From: a virus
Taxonomy: Duplodnaviria; Heunggongvirae; Uroviricota; Caudoviricetes
IMG/VR virus record: IMGVR_UViG_2537561991_000022
Direction: 5' to 3' (one strand)
Length of the DNA: 21,194 nt
Shown here: in pieces, positions 1-9,346 of the stretch
How positions within the stretch are numbered: the stretch's first letter is position 1
Layout: every line of letters begins with the position of its first letter
Position numbers and translations under genes: made by a program
The notes under the pieces: generated by a model
What the model saw: only the letters and a program-made list of their open reading frames with translations
What the model was told of the DNA's origin: nothing
The model's database searches: none

Positions 1-1284
1 TTACTTCTTCGCCTCTGCAACCACTTTACTACCCACGCCGCGGTTATTGTATTCCCACATGCGGTTGTAGTTAGTGTCATTCAGATTGCGCTGTATTTCG
101 TCGTTATCATCTACGCTGCCGGTATTACCCGCAAACGGACGATTAGAGATCACCGCATCGGCCCACGGTTTAGCCGTGTTAAAACCTTCGTTGATGGCGC
201 TATCACGGATCACCACCTGACCGTTGGTATTGGCATCAACATCCAGCGAGCGGCCCAGTTGCGCCACACCATCACCGAAAGCATTGAAACGGCTGTTTAC
301 GGCGAGGAAACCGTAGTAAATGTTGGACAGCGTAGCCGGTGCAAACACATACGCTTCTTGCTGAGTACGTGAGTTCACCACGCGGAATTCGGTGTTATCG
401 AACACCACTGCGCCGCGACCAGAAACGATATCCACATCCCCTTCAATGTAGCTGTTGGTCACCAGCGTACGCGGCTGACGGTTGGTTTCCAGACGGTTCT
501 GCACACCGCTGTTGGTGACAAAGAAGGTGTTCTGACGACCGAGAATGTTAACGTTGTTAATCTGTACCTGGTCACCATCAGTACGCAGTGCCACCGCCGG
601 ATGGTTACCTGCATCTACGCTATCGCCCAGCGTGTTTTCGATGGTCAGATTTTGCAGTTGCAGGCCATTGTTTTGTGACCAGAAGACCGCAGAGCAGAGA
701 ACACCGATACTGTCGCTGCGTTTGCTCTGGCAGCTATCGTACATATACCACGCTGGTTTACCTGGCATATATTTGCCGCGCGGGTTGACGTCGTGACGCC
801 AGTCGGCAGGGCTCATGCCCCCATCAAGGGAAAGCCCAATCTTCACATCAATCGGTTTTTCACCTGTACCGTACAGAGTAATTCCACCCGGAGCAGCAGG
901 GACATACACCGTTCCCTGATACTCACCAGGCATCACGGCAATATACTGGCGCTTGTTAGTGCGCTTGATAATTGCCGCATCTACCGCCGCCTGAATCGTG
1001 GTATGCGTTACACCTTGAGTACCCGCCGGGCCGACAACAAAGTCAGGTTGCGCAGGCAGGGTAATCGGGGAAGGATTCCACGCTGCAGCACCTGGTGTCA
1101 GGGATGCAAAATAGTGTTGAGCATCGAAATTCTGCGCTTCTTTTGCCGACAGAATCGGGCGAGAAGAGGTACCAGGCGCGGTTTGATCAGAAGGACGTTG
1201 ATCGGGTGGTGTTGAGCTACAGGCGGTCAGCGTCACGCCAAAAGCCAATGCCAGCGCCAGACGGGAAACTGAAAATGTGTTCAC
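1..1284 (-). CDS. ybhC: Host outer-membrane lipoprotein YbhC (pectinesterase-fold / acyl-CoA thioesterase family), flanking attB-lambda
   Basis: Complete 427-aa ORF with lipoprotein signal MNTFSVSRLALALAFGVTLTAC (lipobox LTAC). Recognised from memory as E. coli YbhC, the gene next to the lambda attachment site. Confidence 0.85.
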   Translation of the reverse strand: MNTFSVSRLALALAFGVTLTACSSTPPDQRPSDQTAPGTSSRPILSAKEAQNFDAQHYFASLTPGAAAWNPSPITLPAQPDFVVGPAGTQGVTHTTIQAAVDAAIIKRTNKRQYIAVMPGEYQGTVYVPAAPGGITLYGTGEKPIDVKIGLSLDGGMSPADWRHDVNPRGKYMPGKPAWYMYDSCQSKRSDSIGVLCSAVFWSQNNGLQLQNLTIENTLGDSVDAGNHPAVALRTDGDQVQINNVNILGRQNTFFVTNSGVQNRLETNRQPRTLVTNSYIEGDVDIVSGRGAVVFDNTEFRVVNSRTQQEAYVFAPATLSNIYYGFLAVNSRFNAFGDGVAQLGRSLDVDANTNGQVVIRDSAINEGFNTAKPWADAVISNRPFAGNTGSVDDNDEIQRNLNDTNYNRMWEYNNRGVGSKVVAEAKK

Positions 1285-1330
1285 AGGTTGCTCCGGGCTA
1301 TGAAATAGAAAAATGAATCCGTTGAAGCCT

Positions 1331-1430
1331 GCTTTTTTATACTAAGTTGGCATTATAAAAAACATTGCTTATCAATTTGTTGCAACGAACAGGTCACTAT
1401 CAGTCAAAATAAAATCATTATTTGATTTCA
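1331..1430. other. attL: attL: lambda att core GCTTTTTTATACTAA (1331-1345) joined to the phage P' arm with three tandem Int arm-type sites (1391-1420)
   Basis: Exact 15-bp lambda core; bacterial-side flank ...gaagcct, phage-side flank gttggcattataaaaaa; arm sites aggtcactat / cagtcaaaat / aaaatcatta overlap the int 3' end as in lambda. Confidence 0.85.
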
Positions 1431-2488
1431 ATTTTGTCCCACTCCCTGCCTCTGTCATCACGATACTGTGATGCCATGGTGTCCGACTTATGTCCGAGAA
1501 GATGTTGAGCAAACTTATCGCTTATCTGCTTCTCATAGAGTCTTGCAGACAAACTGCGCAACTCGTGAAAGGTAGGCGGATCCCCTTCGAAGGAAAGACC
1601 TGATGCTTTTCGTGCGCGCATAAAATACCTTGATACTGTGCCGGATGAAAGCGGTTCACGACGAGTAGATGCAATTATGGTTTCTCCGCCAAGAATCTCT
1701 TTGCATTTATCAAGTGTTTCCTTCATTGATATCCCGAGAGCATCAACATGCAATGTTGTAGGGATGGCAATTTTTACGCCTGTTTTGCTTTGTTCGACAT
1801 AAAGATATCCATCTACGATATCAGACCACTTCATTTCGCATAAATCACCAACTCGCTGCCCGGTAACAACAGCCAGTTCCATTGCAAGTCTGAGCCAACA
1901 TGGTGATGATTCTGCTGCTTGATAAATTTTCAGGTATTCGTCAGCCGTAAGTCTTGATCTCCTTACCTCTGATTTTGCTGCGCGAGTGGCAGCGACCGGG
2001 TTTGTTGTTATATGGCCTTCAGCTATTGCCTCTCGGAATGCATCGCTCAGTGTTGATCTGATTAACTTGGCTGACGCCGCCTTGCCCTCGTCTATGTATC
2101 CATTGAGCATTGCCGCAATTTCTTTTGTGGTGATGTCTTCAAGTGGAGCATCAGGCAGCCCCCTCCTTATTGCTTTAATTTTGCTCATGTAATTTATGAG
2201 TGTCTTCTGCTTGATTCCTCTGCTGGCGAGGATTTTTTCGTAGCGATCAAGCCATGAATGTAACGTAACAGAATTATCACTGTTGATTCTCGCTGTCAGA
2301 GGCTTGTGTTTGTGTCCTGAAAATAACTCAATATTGGCCTGTATTGCTTCAGTGATTGCTATCCTCCTGTCTCGGCCTAAACCAAACTCTTTACCCGTCC
2401 TTGGGTCCCTGTAGCAGTAATATCCATTGTTTCTTATATAAAGGTTAGGGGGTAAATCCCGGCGCTCATGACTTCGCCTTCTTCCCAT
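1418..2488 (-). CDS. int: Lambda integrase (tyrosine recombinase)
   Basis: 356-aa translation MGRRRSHERRDLPPNLYIRNNGYYCYRDPRTGKEF... matches lambda Int from memory; same length and overlap with xis as in lambda. Confidence 0.95.
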   Translation of the reverse strand: MGRRRSHERRDLPPNLYIRNNGYYCYRDPRTGKEFGLGRDRRIAITEAIQANIELFSGHKHKPLTARINSDNSVTLHSWLDRYEKILASRGIKQKTLINYMSKIKAIRRGLPDAPLEDITTKEIAAMLNGYIDEGKAASAKLIRSTLSDAFREAIAEGHITTNPVAATRAAKSEVRRSRLTADEYLKIYQAAESSPCWLRLAMELAVVTGQRVGDLCEMKWSDIVDGYLYVEQSKTGVKIAIPTTLHVDALGISMKETLDKCKEILGGETIIASTRREPLSSGTVSRYFMRARKASGLSFEGDPPTFHELRSLSARLYEKQISDKFAQHLLGHKSDTMASQYRDDRGREWDKIEIK

Positions 2489-2684
2489 TTCTGATCCTCT
2501 TCAAAAGGCTACCTGTTACTGGTCGATTTAAGTCAACCTTTACCGCTGATTCGTGGAACAGATACTCTCTTCCATCCTTAACCGGAGGAGGGAATATCCT
2601 GCATTCGCGCACCCATCGACGAACTGTTTCAAGGCTTCTTGGGCGTCGCTGGCGTGCGTTCCACTCCTGAAGTGTCAAGTACAT
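2466..2684 (-). CDS. xis: Lambda excisionase
   Basis: 72-aa translation MYLTLQEWNARQRRPRSLETVRRWVRECRIFPPPVKDGREYLFHESAVKVDLNRPVTGSLLKRIRNGKKAKS matches lambda Xis; 3' end overlaps the int start. Confidence 0.95.
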   Translation of the reverse strand: MYLTLQEWNARQRRPRSLETVRRWVRECRIFPPPVKDGREYLFHESAVKVDLNRPVTGSLLKRIRNGKKAKS

Positions 2685-2702
2685 CGCAAAGTCTCCGCAA
2701 TT

Positions 2703-2734
2703 ACACGCAAGAAAAAGCCGCCATCAGGCGGCTT
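2703..2734 (-). terminator. Intrinsic terminator-like hairpin just upstream of xis (tL3-like)
   Basis: Stem aagccgcc/ggcggctt (2715-2734) with 4-nt loop; on the minus-strand RNA it is followed by UUUCUUGCG. The IS target duplication abuts its upstream arm. Confidence 0.4.
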
Positions 2735-2738
2735 GGTG
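2731..2738. repeat. Left copy of the 8-bp target-site duplication GCTTGGTG flanking the IS66-family element
   Basis: GCTTGGTG sits immediately outside the GTAAGCG... terminus at 2739; an identical 8-mer is at 5193-5200. Confidence 0.7.
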
Positions 2739-2775
2739 GTAAGCGTGCAGCAAGAACCGTATTGACGGGGATGTG

Positions 2776-4314
2776 TTATTCAGTCGGCAGTGCTACGCGC
2801 CAGGGGAGCAGTTCGCCGACCCGGTTTATCGGCCAGTCGGCTATGACGTCAAGGACATAGCGGAGGTAGCTTTCTGGCTCCACTCCGTTCAGTTTGCACG
2901 TCCCGATCAGGCTGTACAGCAGCGCTCCCCGCTCTCCTCCATGATCCGAACCGAAGAACAGGTAGTTTTTGCGGCCCAGACTGACCATCCGCAACGCATT
3001 TTCAGCGATGTTATTGTCCGCCTCAGCCCAGCCATCATCTGCATAGTACGTCAGCGCCGGCCACTGGTTCAGGGCGTATGCGAACGCTTTCGCCAGTTCT
3101 GAGTGTCGCGACAGGGTTTTCATCTTTTCACGCAGCCAGCTTTCCAGGGATTTCAGCAGCGGTTTCGTTTTCAACTGACGTTCGGCAAGGCGCTGCTCCG
3201 CCGTCATTCCCCTTATCTCTGCCTCGATGGCGTACAGTTCGCCGATCCGTTTCAGCGCTTCCTCCGTCAGGGCTGACGGGGTGCGAACGTGCACATCGTG
3301 GATTTTACGGCGGGCGTGAGCCCAACAGGCGGCTTCCGTTATCCGGCCATCCCGGTACAGCTCGTTGAACCCGGCGTATGCATCCGCCTGCAGTACACCA
3401 CTGAACCCCGCAAGATGGGTCTGCGGATGGATGCCTTTTCTGTCCGGGCTGTAAGCGAACAACACCGCCGGCGCCAGCGTTGACCCGGCGTTACGGTCGT
3501 CACGAACGTAGGTCCATAACCGCCCGGTCTTCGTTTTCTTATTGCCTGGCAACAGCACCGGGACAGGCGTGTCATCAGCATGGAGCTTACCGTCAGTCAG
3601 CACATAGTCCTGAAGCGCTTCTTCCAGCGGTGACAGTAGCCGGCAGCATGCATCCACCCAGCCCGACAGCAGTGAACGACTCAGCTCCACGCCCTGGCGG
3701 CCGTACATTTCAGACTGGCGGTACAGCGGGGTGTGCTCTGCATACTTTGAGATCAGCACGCGGGCCAGCAGCCCCGGTCCTGCGATACCCCGCTCGATGG
3801 GCCGTGAAGGCGCGGGGGCCTGCACGATGGCATCGCACTGAGTACAGGCATGCTTTTCACGTACAGTCCGGATAACCCGGAAGGCGCTGCGCATCAACTC
3901 CAGCTGTTCGGCGGCATCCTCACCCAGATAGCTCAGTGAGCCTCCACATTCCGGGCAGCATGATGCTGCCGGCAGCAGCCGTTTTTCATCGCGGGGGAGT
4001 GATTCGGGGAACGGTTTGCGGGTGCGGGTTTGACGCAGCGGGCGCTGCACGGCCGGGTCGTCAACCCGACCGGTAAGGGTATCACTTTCTTTCTGAAGTG
4101 CCTTCAGGTCAGCTTCCATCTGTGCGATACGACGGGAGACTTTTTCGGAGCGGCTGCCGAAGTTCATCCGGCGCAGCTTATCCAGCTGTGCCTGCAGATG
4201 GTCTATTTCGCGTTCACGCTCGTTCAGCTTTTCCAGCAGGGCACGGTTCAGCGCCTCCTGTTCGGCAAGGAGACGTTTCAGTGCATTGATATCGTCAGGA
4301 AGTGAGCTGCTCAT
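2776..4314 (-). CDS. tnpC: IS66-family transposase TnpC
   Basis: 512-aa ORF with an N-terminal coiled-coil/leucine-zipper-like region ([38 protein letters not shown]) and a CxxC...CxxC cluster, typical of IS66 transposases. Confidence 0.9.
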   Translation of the reverse strand: MSSSLPDDINALKRLLAEQEALNRALLEKLNEREREIDHLQAQLDKLRRMNFGSRSEKVSRRIAQMEADLKALQKESDTLTGRVDDPAVQRPLRQTRTRKPFPESLPRDEKRLLPAASCCPECGGSLSYLGEDAAEQLELMRSAFRVIRTVREKHACTQCDAIVQAPAPSRPIERGIAGPGLLARVLISKYAEHTPLYRQSEMYGRQGVELSRSLLSGWVDACCRLLSPLEEALQDYVLTDGKLHADDTPVPVLLPGNKKTKTGRLWTYVRDDRNAGSTLAPAVLFAYSPDRKGIHPQTHLAGFSGVLQADAYAGFNELYRDGRITEAACWAHARRKIHDVHVRTPSALTEEALKRIGELYAIEAEIRGMTAEQRLAERQLKTKPLLKSLESWLREKMKTLSRHSELAKAFAYALNQWPALTYYADDGWAEADNNIAENALRMVSLGRKNYLFFGSDHGGERGALLYSLIGTCKLNGVEPESYLRYVLDVIADWPINRVGELLPWRVALPTE

Positions 4315-4362
4315 ACCGGGTATATTACCAGGCTCATTCAGCGTCGACCAGGATAAAGAGGC

Positions 4363-4710
4363 TTACAACATAGTCAGGGACGTAAGCAGTCTTTTAGGCT
4401 GCCGCCAGTCGATACCTTCCAGCAGCATCGCCAGCTGTGCCGGTGTGAGGAACACTTTGCCATCCCGGGCTGACGGCCAGGCGAAGCGGCCGCGCTCCAG
4501 CCGTTTGGTCAGCAGACACAGTCCATCGCCGGTAGACCAGAGGAGCTTTACCTGACTGCCATTACGCCCACGGAAGATAAAAACGTGACCTGACATCGGA
4601 TCGTCTTTCAGCGTCGTCTGCACCTTTGCCGCCAGGCCGTTGAAGCCGTTTCTCATATCGGTGATGCCAGCGACCAGCCAGATCTTTGTCCCTGATGGTA
4701 ATGGGATCAA
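4363..4710 (-). CDS. tnpB: IS66-family accessory protein TnpB (Orf2)
   Basis: 115-aa ORF MIPLPSGTKIWLVAGITDMRNGFNGLAAKV... matches the conserved IS66 Orf2 family from memory; sits between tnpA and tnpC. Confidence 0.85.
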   Translation of the reverse strand: MIPLPSGTKIWLVAGITDMRNGFNGLAAKVQTTLKDDPMSGHVFIFRGRNGSQVKLLWSTGDGLCLLTKRLERGRFAWPSARDGKVFLTPAQLAMLLEGIDWRQPKRLLTSLTML

Positions 4711-5111
4711 CGTTTGAGCTCCCGTATCAGCAGGTTCAGGATATTTTCGCTGATGGCACCATTCAGACGGAGTGATCCGTGCCGGAACGTCACTTCACAG
4801 CTGATATTGAGTGATTCAGGTGTCGCAGCAGCTACAGGTTGTGACCGGGGGGAGGTTGTAGGGACAACATCTTCGGCATCAAGTGTTATCGGGAGCAGCT
4901 CAGGCACGTTGTTTTCTGTTGTTGAAGGAGGACGTAGTTTTCCTTCGCGCCAGTACTGGCGCCACTTGAACAGCAAATTATCGTTGATCCCATGCTCACG
5001 AGCGAGTTGCGCTACGGAGATCTCTGGTCGATGCGAGAGTTCAACCATTTTGATTTTGAACTCAACGGGATAATTAGGGCTTTTTTTACGCACTGCGGTT
5101 AATGATTTCAT
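4707..5111 (-). CDS. tnpA: IS66-family accessory protein TnpA (Orf1, HTH)
   Basis: 134-aa ORF; overlaps the tnpB start by 4 nt (ATGA coupling) as in IS66 elements; first gene inside the right inverted repeat. Confidence 0.85.
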   Translation of the reverse strand: MKSLTAVRKKSPNYPVEFKIKMVELSHRPEISVAQLAREHGINDNLLFKWRQYWREGKLRPPSTTENNVPELLPITLDAEDVVPTTSPRSQPVAAATPESLNISCEVTFRHGSLRLNGAISENILNLLIRELKR

Positions 5112-5192
5112 GGATAGCGTCCACCATATTTGGTGTCCACTATTCTCTCAGGAATTTCAGGATCTGCCAGACGGTGCTGAGACGACGCTTAC

Positions 5193-5200
5193 GCTTGGTG
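5193..5200. repeat. Right copy of the 8-bp target-site duplication GCTTGGTG
   Basis: Identical to 2731-2738, immediately outside the IS terminus ...gacgacgcttac (5192). Confidence 0.7.
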
Positions 5201-5389
5201 TTCTTTCAGTTCTTCAATTCGAATATTGGTTATGTCTGCATGTGCTATCTGCGCCCATATCATCCAGTGGTCATAGCAGTCATTGATGTTCTCTGCTTCG
5301 ATAACTCTGTTGAATGGTTCTCCATTCCATTCACCTGTGACTCGGAAGTGCATTTATCATCTCCATAAAACAAAACCCGCCGTAGCGAG

Positions 5390-5423
5390 TTCAGATAAAA
5401 GAAATCCTCGTCAGTGCGAGGAT
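5390..5423 (-). terminator. Terminator-like hairpin with U-tract on the minus strand
   Basis: Stem atcctcg/cgaggat (5404-5410 / 5417-5423), 6-nt loop; minus-strand RNA continues UUUCUUUUAUCU. Lies where lambda-like sequence gives way to the AT-rich replacement. Confidence 0.35.
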
Positions 5424-5595
5424 GCTGTTCATTGCTGCTATACACTTTTTTGCTCTCAACGTAAGCGGTAGCTCATTCTGTTGGGTTGGTGCAGTTGCTT
5501 TTAGGAAATGCTATTTACCCCTTAAACGTCGGCTGAAAGAGCTAAAATCCATGCAAAAAATTTACGCAATTTTGTGTATTATTGTGCAGTAAGTA

Positions 5596-6198
5596 ATGAG
5601 CTATTTTCTGCGCAAAAAATGGATGGTAAATTTGTCCGGGGCAGGAAAAATTTTATGGACGCTAAACATGAAAAAAGATTCGTATCCTTATTTGATTTGC
5701 ATGACAGTTTCAGGCCTGATCTTTATTTTCCTTTTCTTCTGGTGGCGGGCAGATATTTACAGGGTCACGTTTCTTAATCAGAGTATATCCCACTATTACA
5801 TTCTGTTTAGCATGGGAATAGCTTTTCTGTTATCTCTGTTTTGGGTTAAGAAGGGGATAGTAAAACAAAGCGGCTGGAAGAGTCTGTCAGCATACCTTAA
5901 GGTTTATGCAGGGATGTGCATATTTGCTGGATTTTTTCTGATTATACCCCTTACAACACTAACTTATTTTTTGCCTGGAGAGACATCGTCTTATGTTGCA
6001 CCGTATCGGTATACTTCCGGTAGTTCAAAAAGTTGTTCTGGAGCTGAGGTGGATGACCCCGATCTACATGAGAATATTCGCATTTGCTATCCGTATGGCA
6101 ATTATGAGTACGATAATATTATCTATGTTGAAAAGAAAATTAATACATTAGGTGCGGTAGTAACATATGCACAGACCGCGCGTGATGATACTGAATGA
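5596..6198 (+). CDS. Hypothetical integral membrane protein (3 predicted TM helices plus a ~70-aa Cys-containing C-terminal domain); start codon uncertain (5596, 5668 or 5701)
   Basis: ORF on the strand opposite to all neighbouring phage genes; hydrophobic segments LICMTVSGLIFIFLFFWW, YYILFSMGIAFLLSLFWV, VYAGMCIFAGFFLIIPLTTLTYF; strongly AT-rich; weak SD. Confidence 0.55.
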   Translation: MSYFLRKKWMVNLSGAGKILWTLNMKKDSYPYLICMTVSGLIFIFLFFWWRADIYRVTFLNQSISHYYILFSMGIAFLLSLFWVKKGIVKQSGWKSLSAYLKVYAGMCIFAGFFLIIPLTTLTYFLPGETSSYVAPYRYTSGSSKSCSGAEVDDPDLHENIRICYPYGNYEYDNIIYVEKKINTLGAVVTYAQTARDDTE

Positions 6199-6233
6199 GA
6201 TAGTATATAGCGGGCAAGTTTTAGTTAATTTAT

Positions 6234-6266
6234 CGAGGTAATATAATTTACCTCGACTCGTTTATT
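6234..6266 (+). terminator. Intrinsic terminator-like hairpin after the membrane protein gene
   Basis: Stem cgaggtaa/ttacctcg (6234-6241 / 6248-6255) with loop tataat, then T-rich actcgtttattc. Confidence 0.4.
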
Positions 6267-6408
6267 CTGGTATTAATATTTCGCTTTACGATCGATTTTT
6301 ATCTGATGATATCATGCGGTTTTCATATACTGACTTACTGTCTTTTCTCCGTTAGCGATTTTCTCCTGCTCAGCGATGATTTTATCTTTGGCTTCTAGTT
6401 AATTTCGC

Positions 6409-6630
6409 TCACTTCGAACCTCTCTGTTTACTGATAAGTTCCAGATCCTCCTGGCAACTTGCACAAGTCCGACAACCCTGAACGGCCAGGCGTCTTCGCT
6501 CATCTATGGGATCGCCACACTCACAACAATGAGTGGCAGATATAGCCTGGTGGTTCAGGCGGCGCATTTTTATTGCTGTGTTGCGCTGTAATTCTTCAAT
6601 TTCTGATGCTGAATCAATGATGTCTGCCAT
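6409..6630 (-). CDS. TraR/DksA-family C4 zinc-finger protein (lambda Orf73-like)
   Basis: 73-aa translation with CCECGDPIDERRRLAVQGCRTCASC (CxxC...CxxC), characteristic of the TraR/DksA family; matches the lambda early-left small ORF from memory. Confidence 0.8.
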   Translation of the reverse strand: MADIIDSASEIEELQRNTAIKMRRLNHQAISATHCCECGDPIDERRRLAVQGCRTCASCQEDLELISKQRGSK

Positions 6631-6682
6631 CTTCCATTAATCCCTGAATTGTTGGTTAATACGCTTGAGGGTGAATGCGAAC

Positions 6683-6706
6683 AATAAAAAAGGAGCCTGT
6701 AGCTCC
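6683..6706 (-). terminator. Short GC hairpin plus U-tract on the minus strand
   Basis: Stem ggagc/gctcc (6692-6696 / 6702-6706), loop ctgta; minus-strand RNA reads GGAGCUACAGGCUCC then UUUUUUAUU. Only 5 bp of stem. Confidence 0.35.
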
Positions 6707-6728
6707 CTGATGATTTTGCTTTTCATGC

Positions 6729-7010
6729 TCACCGTTCCTTAAAGACGCCGTTTAACATGCCGATCGCCAGGCTTAAATGAGTCGGTGTGAATCCCATCAG
6801 CGTTACCGTTTCGCGGTGCTTCTTCAGTACGCTACGGCAAATGTCATCGACGTTTTTATCCGGAAACTGCTGTCTGGCTTTTTTGATTTCAGAATTAGCC
6901 TGACGGGCAATGCTGCGAAGGGCGTTTTCTTGCTGAGGTGTCACTGAACAAGCCCCATGTCGGCAAGCATAAGCAAACAGAATATGAAGCCCGCTGCCAG
7001 AAAAATGCAT
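6729..7010 (-). CDS. Small hypothetical phage protein (lambda orf61-region homolog); possible internal GTG start at 6944
   Basis: 93-aa ORF whose C-terminal ~70 residues (TPQQENALRSIARQANSEIKKARQQFPDKNVDDICRSVLKKHRETVTLMGFTPTHLSLAIGMLNGVFKER) resemble the lambda early-left small ORF; true start unclear. Confidence 0.5.
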   Translation of the reverse strand: MHFSGSGLHILFAYACRHGACSVTPQQENALRSIARQANSEIKKARQQFPDKNVDDICRSVLKKHRETVTLMGFTPTHLSLAIGMLNGVFKER

Positions 7011-7020
7011 TCAGTGGTTG

Positions 7021-7212
7021 TCATACCTGGTCTCTCTCATCTGCTTCTGCTTTCGCCACCATCATTTCCAGCTTTTGTGAAAGGGATGTGGCTAACGTAT
7101 GAAATTCTTCGTCTGTTTCTACTGGTATTGGCACAAACCTGACTCCAATTTGAGCAAGGCTATGTGCCATCTCAATGCTCGTTCTTAACTCAACAGGAGA
7201 TGCTTTGTGCAT
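7021..7212 (-). CDS. Lambda Orf63-like small protein
   Basis: 63-aa [66 protein letters not shown]; position and length as lambda orf63. Confidence 0.75.
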   Translation of the reverse strand: MHKASPVELRTSIEMAHSLAQIGVRFVPIPVETDEEFHTLATSLSQKLEMMVAKAEADERDQV

Positions 7213-7367
7213 ACAGCCCCTCGTTTATTATTTATCTCCTCAGCCAGCCGCTGGGCTTTCAGTGGATTTTGGATAACAGAAAGGTCGGGAAATACCCAGC
7301 CTCGCTTTGTAACGGAGTAGACGAAAGTGATCGCACCTACCCGGATATTATCGTGAGGATGCTTCAT
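7185..7367 (-). CDS. Lambda Orf60a-like small protein
   Basis: ORF immediately downstream of exo; the 60-aa form starting [27 protein letters not shown]... matches lambda orf60a (the ORF track begins two codons earlier at 7373). Confidence 0.7.
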   Translation of the reverse strand: MKHPHDNIRVGAITFVYSVTKRGWVFPDLSVIQNPLKAQRLAEEINNKRGAVCTKHLLLS

Positions 7368-8044
7368 CGCCATTGCTCCCCAAATACAAAACCAATTTCA
7401 GCCAGTGCCTCGTCCATTTTTTCGATGAACTCCGGCACCATCTCGTCAAAACCCGCCATGTACTTTTCATCCCGCTCAACCACGACATAATGCAGTCCTT
7501 CACGCTTCATACGCGGGTCATAGTTGGCAAAGTACCAGGCATCTTTTCGCGTCACCCACATGCTGTACTGCACCTGGGCCATGTAAGCTGACTTTATGGC
7601 CTCGAAACCACCGAGCCGGAACTTCATGAAATCCCGGGAGGTAAACGGGCATTTCAGTTCAAGGCCGTTGCCGTCACTGCATAAACCATCTGGAGAGCAG
7701 GCGGTACGCATACTTTCGTCGCGATAGATGATCGGTGATTCAGTAACATTCACGCCGGAAGTGAACTCAAACAGGGCTCTGGCGTCGTTCTCGTACTGTT
7801 TTCCCCAGGCCAGCGCTTTAGCGTTAACTTCCGGAGCCACACCGGTGCAAACCTCAGCAAGCAGGGTGTGGAAGTAGGACATTTTCATGTCAGGCCACTT
7901 TTTTCCGGAGCGGGGTTTTGCTATTACGTTATGAACTTCTGAAGCTGTGATGACGCCGAGCCGTAATTTGTGCCACGCATCATCCCCCTGTTCGACAGCT
8001 CTCACGTCGATCCCGGTACGCTGCAGGATAATGTCCGGTGTCAT
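7364..8044 (-). CDS. exo: Lambda exonuclease (Red-alpha)
   Basis: 226-aa translation [65 protein letters not shown]... matches lambda Exo; start overlaps the bet stop (ATGA). Confidence 0.95.
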   Translation of the reverse strand: MTPDIILQRTGIDVRAVEQGDDAWHKLRLGVITASEVHNVIAKPRSGKKWPDMKMSYFHTLLAEVCTGVAPEVNAKALAWGKQYENDARALFEFTSGVNVTESPIIYRDESMRTACSPDGLCSDGNGLELKCPFTSRDFMKFRLGGFEAIKSAYMAQVQYSMWVTRKDAWYFANYDPRMKREGLHYVVVERDEKYMAGFDEMVPEFIEKMDEALAEIGFVFGEQWR

Positions 8045-8826
8045 GCTGCCACCTTCTGCTCAGTGGCTTTCTGTTTCAGGAATCCAAGAGCTTTCACTGC
8101 TTCGGCCTGTGTCAGTTCTGACGATGCGCGAATGTCGCGGCGAAATATCTGGGAACAGAGCGGCAATAAGTCGTCATCCCATGTTTTATCCAGGGCGATT
8201 AGCAGAGTGTTAATCTCCTGCATGGTTTCATCGTTAACCGGAGTGATGTCGCGTTCCGGCTGGCGTTCTGCAGTGTATGCAGTATTTTCGACAATGCGCT
8301 CGGCTTCATCCTTGTCATAGATACCAGCAAATCCGAAGGCCAGACGGGCACACTGAATCATAGCTTTATGCCGTAACATCCGTTTAGGATGCGACTGCCA
8401 CGGCCCCGTGATTTCTCTGCCTTCGCGGGTTTTGAATGGTTCGCGGCGGCATTCATCCATCCATTCGGTAACGCAGATCGGATGATTACGGTCCTTGCGG
8501 TAAATCCGGCATGTACAGGATTCATTGTCCTGCTCAAAGTCCATGCCATCAAACTGCTGGTTTTCATTGATGATGCGGGACCAGCCATCAACGCCCACCA
8601 CCGGAACGATGCCGTTCTGCTTATCAGGGAAGGCGTAAATTTCTTTCGTCCACGGATTAAGGCCGTACTGGTTGGCGACGATCAACAATGCGATGAACTG
8701 CGCATCGCTGGCATCGCCTTTAAATGCCGTCTGGCGAAGAGTGGTGATCAGTTCCTGTGGGTCGACAGAATCCATGCCGACACGTTCAGCCAGCTTCCCT
8801 GCCAGCGTTGCGAGTGCTGTACTCAT
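8041..8826 (-). CDS. bet: Lambda Bet single-strand annealing protein (Red-beta)
   Basis: 261-aa translation [66 protein letters not shown]... matches lambda Bet. Confidence 0.95.
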   Translation of the reverse strand: MSTALATLAGKLAERVGMDSVDPQELITTLRQTAFKGDASDAQFIALLIVANQYGLNPWTKEIYAFPDKQNGIVPVVGVDGWSRIINENQQFDGMDFEQDNESCTCRIYRKDRNHPICVTEWMDECRREPFKTREGREITGPWQSHPKRMLRHKAMIQCARLAFGFAGIYDKDEAERIVENTAYTAERQPERDITPVNDETMQEINTLLIALDKTWDDDLLPLCSQIFRRDIRASSELTQAEAVKALGFLKQKATEQKVAA

Positions 8827-8831
8827 CCGTT

Positions 8832-9248
8832 TTATACCTCTGAATCAATATCAACCTGATGGTGAGCAATGGTTTCAACCATGTACCGGATGTGTTCTGC
8901 CATGCGCTCCTGAAACTCAACATCGTCATCAAACGCACGGGTAATGGCTTTTTTGCTGGCCCCGTGGCGTTGCAAATGACCGATGCATAGCGATTCAAAC
9001 AGGTGCTGGGGCAGGCCTTTTTCCATGTCGTCTGCCAGTTCTGCCTCTTTCTCTTCACGGGCTATCTGCTGGTAGTGACGCGCCCAGCTCTGAGCCTCAA
9101 GACGATCCTGAATGTAATAAGCGTTCATGGCCGAACTCCTGAAATAGCTGTGAAAATATCGCCCGCGAAATGCCGGGCTGATTAGGAAAACAGGAAAGGG
9201 GGTTAGTGAATGCTTTTGCTTGATCTCAGTTTCAGTATTAATATCCAT
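8832..9248 (-). CDS. gam: Lambda Gam (RecBCD inhibitor)
   Basis: 138-aa translation [138 protein letters not shown] matches lambda Gam. Confidence 0.95.
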   Translation of the reverse strand: MDINTETEIKQKHSLTPFPVFLISPAFRGRYFHSYFRSSAMNAYYIQDRLEAQSWARHYQQIAREEKEAELADDMEKGLPQHLFESLCIGHLQRHGASKKAITRAFDDDVEFQERMAEHIRYMVETIAHHQVDIDSEV

Positions 9249-9346
9249 TTTTTATAAGCGTCGACGGCCTCACGAAACATCTTTTCATCGCCAATAAAAG
9301 TGGCGATAGTGAATTTAGTCTGGATAGCCATAATTGTTTGATCCAT
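9203..9346 (-). CDS. kil: Lambda Kil (host cell-division inhibitor)
   Basis: 47-aa reading frame [47 protein letters not shown] inside the 89-aa ORF; overlaps gam and cIII exactly as in lambda. Confidence 0.85.
   Translation of the reverse strand: MDQTIMAIQTKFTIATFIGDEKMFREAVDAYKKWILILKLRSSKSIH

Larger units (their letters stand above)
2739..5192 (-). mobile_element. IS66-family insertion sequence (~2.45 kb) with tnpA, tnpB and tnpC
   Basis: Ends are imperfect inverted repeats beginning GTAAGCGT (2739...; reverse complement of ...5192); three-ORF IS66 organisation; 8-bp direct repeats on both sides. Confidence 0.85.

Noticed and set aside
545-1316. Plus-strand ORFs of 66-140 aa (545..796, 588..788, 793..1215, 1095..1316) inside ybhC
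   Set aside because: They lie entirely antisense to a well-supported full-length host gene, have no ribosome-binding sites and Arg/Cys-rich translations typical of shadow frames.
2773-4555. Plus-strand ORFs (2773..3102, 3078..3368, 3289..3483, 3480..3875, 4030..4305, 4098..4289, 4286..4555) and the minus-strand ORF 3339..3581 inside the IS
   Set aside because: All overlap the tnpC/tnpB coding frames on the opposite strand or in another frame; GC-rich DNA produces long spurious frames; IS66 elements have only the three-gene organisation.
4714-5073. 119-aa plus-strand ORF antisense to tnpA
   Set aside because: Antisense shadow ORF with a Ser/Gly-rich low-complexity translation and no start context.
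5102-5471. Small ORFs between the IS and the replaced region (5102..5368 +, 5260..5445 -, 5283..5471 +)
   Set aside because: Mutually overlapping frames in a short lambda-like intergenic remnant; one spans the junction with the IS end and another runs through the 5404-5423 hairpin; none has convincing start signals.
8389-9185. ORFs on the opposite strand or in other frames of bet/gam (8389..8859 +, 8358..8591 -, 8672..8944 +, 8786..9058 -, 9003..9185 +)
   Set aside because: Overlap the strongly supported bet and gam genes; shadow frames.
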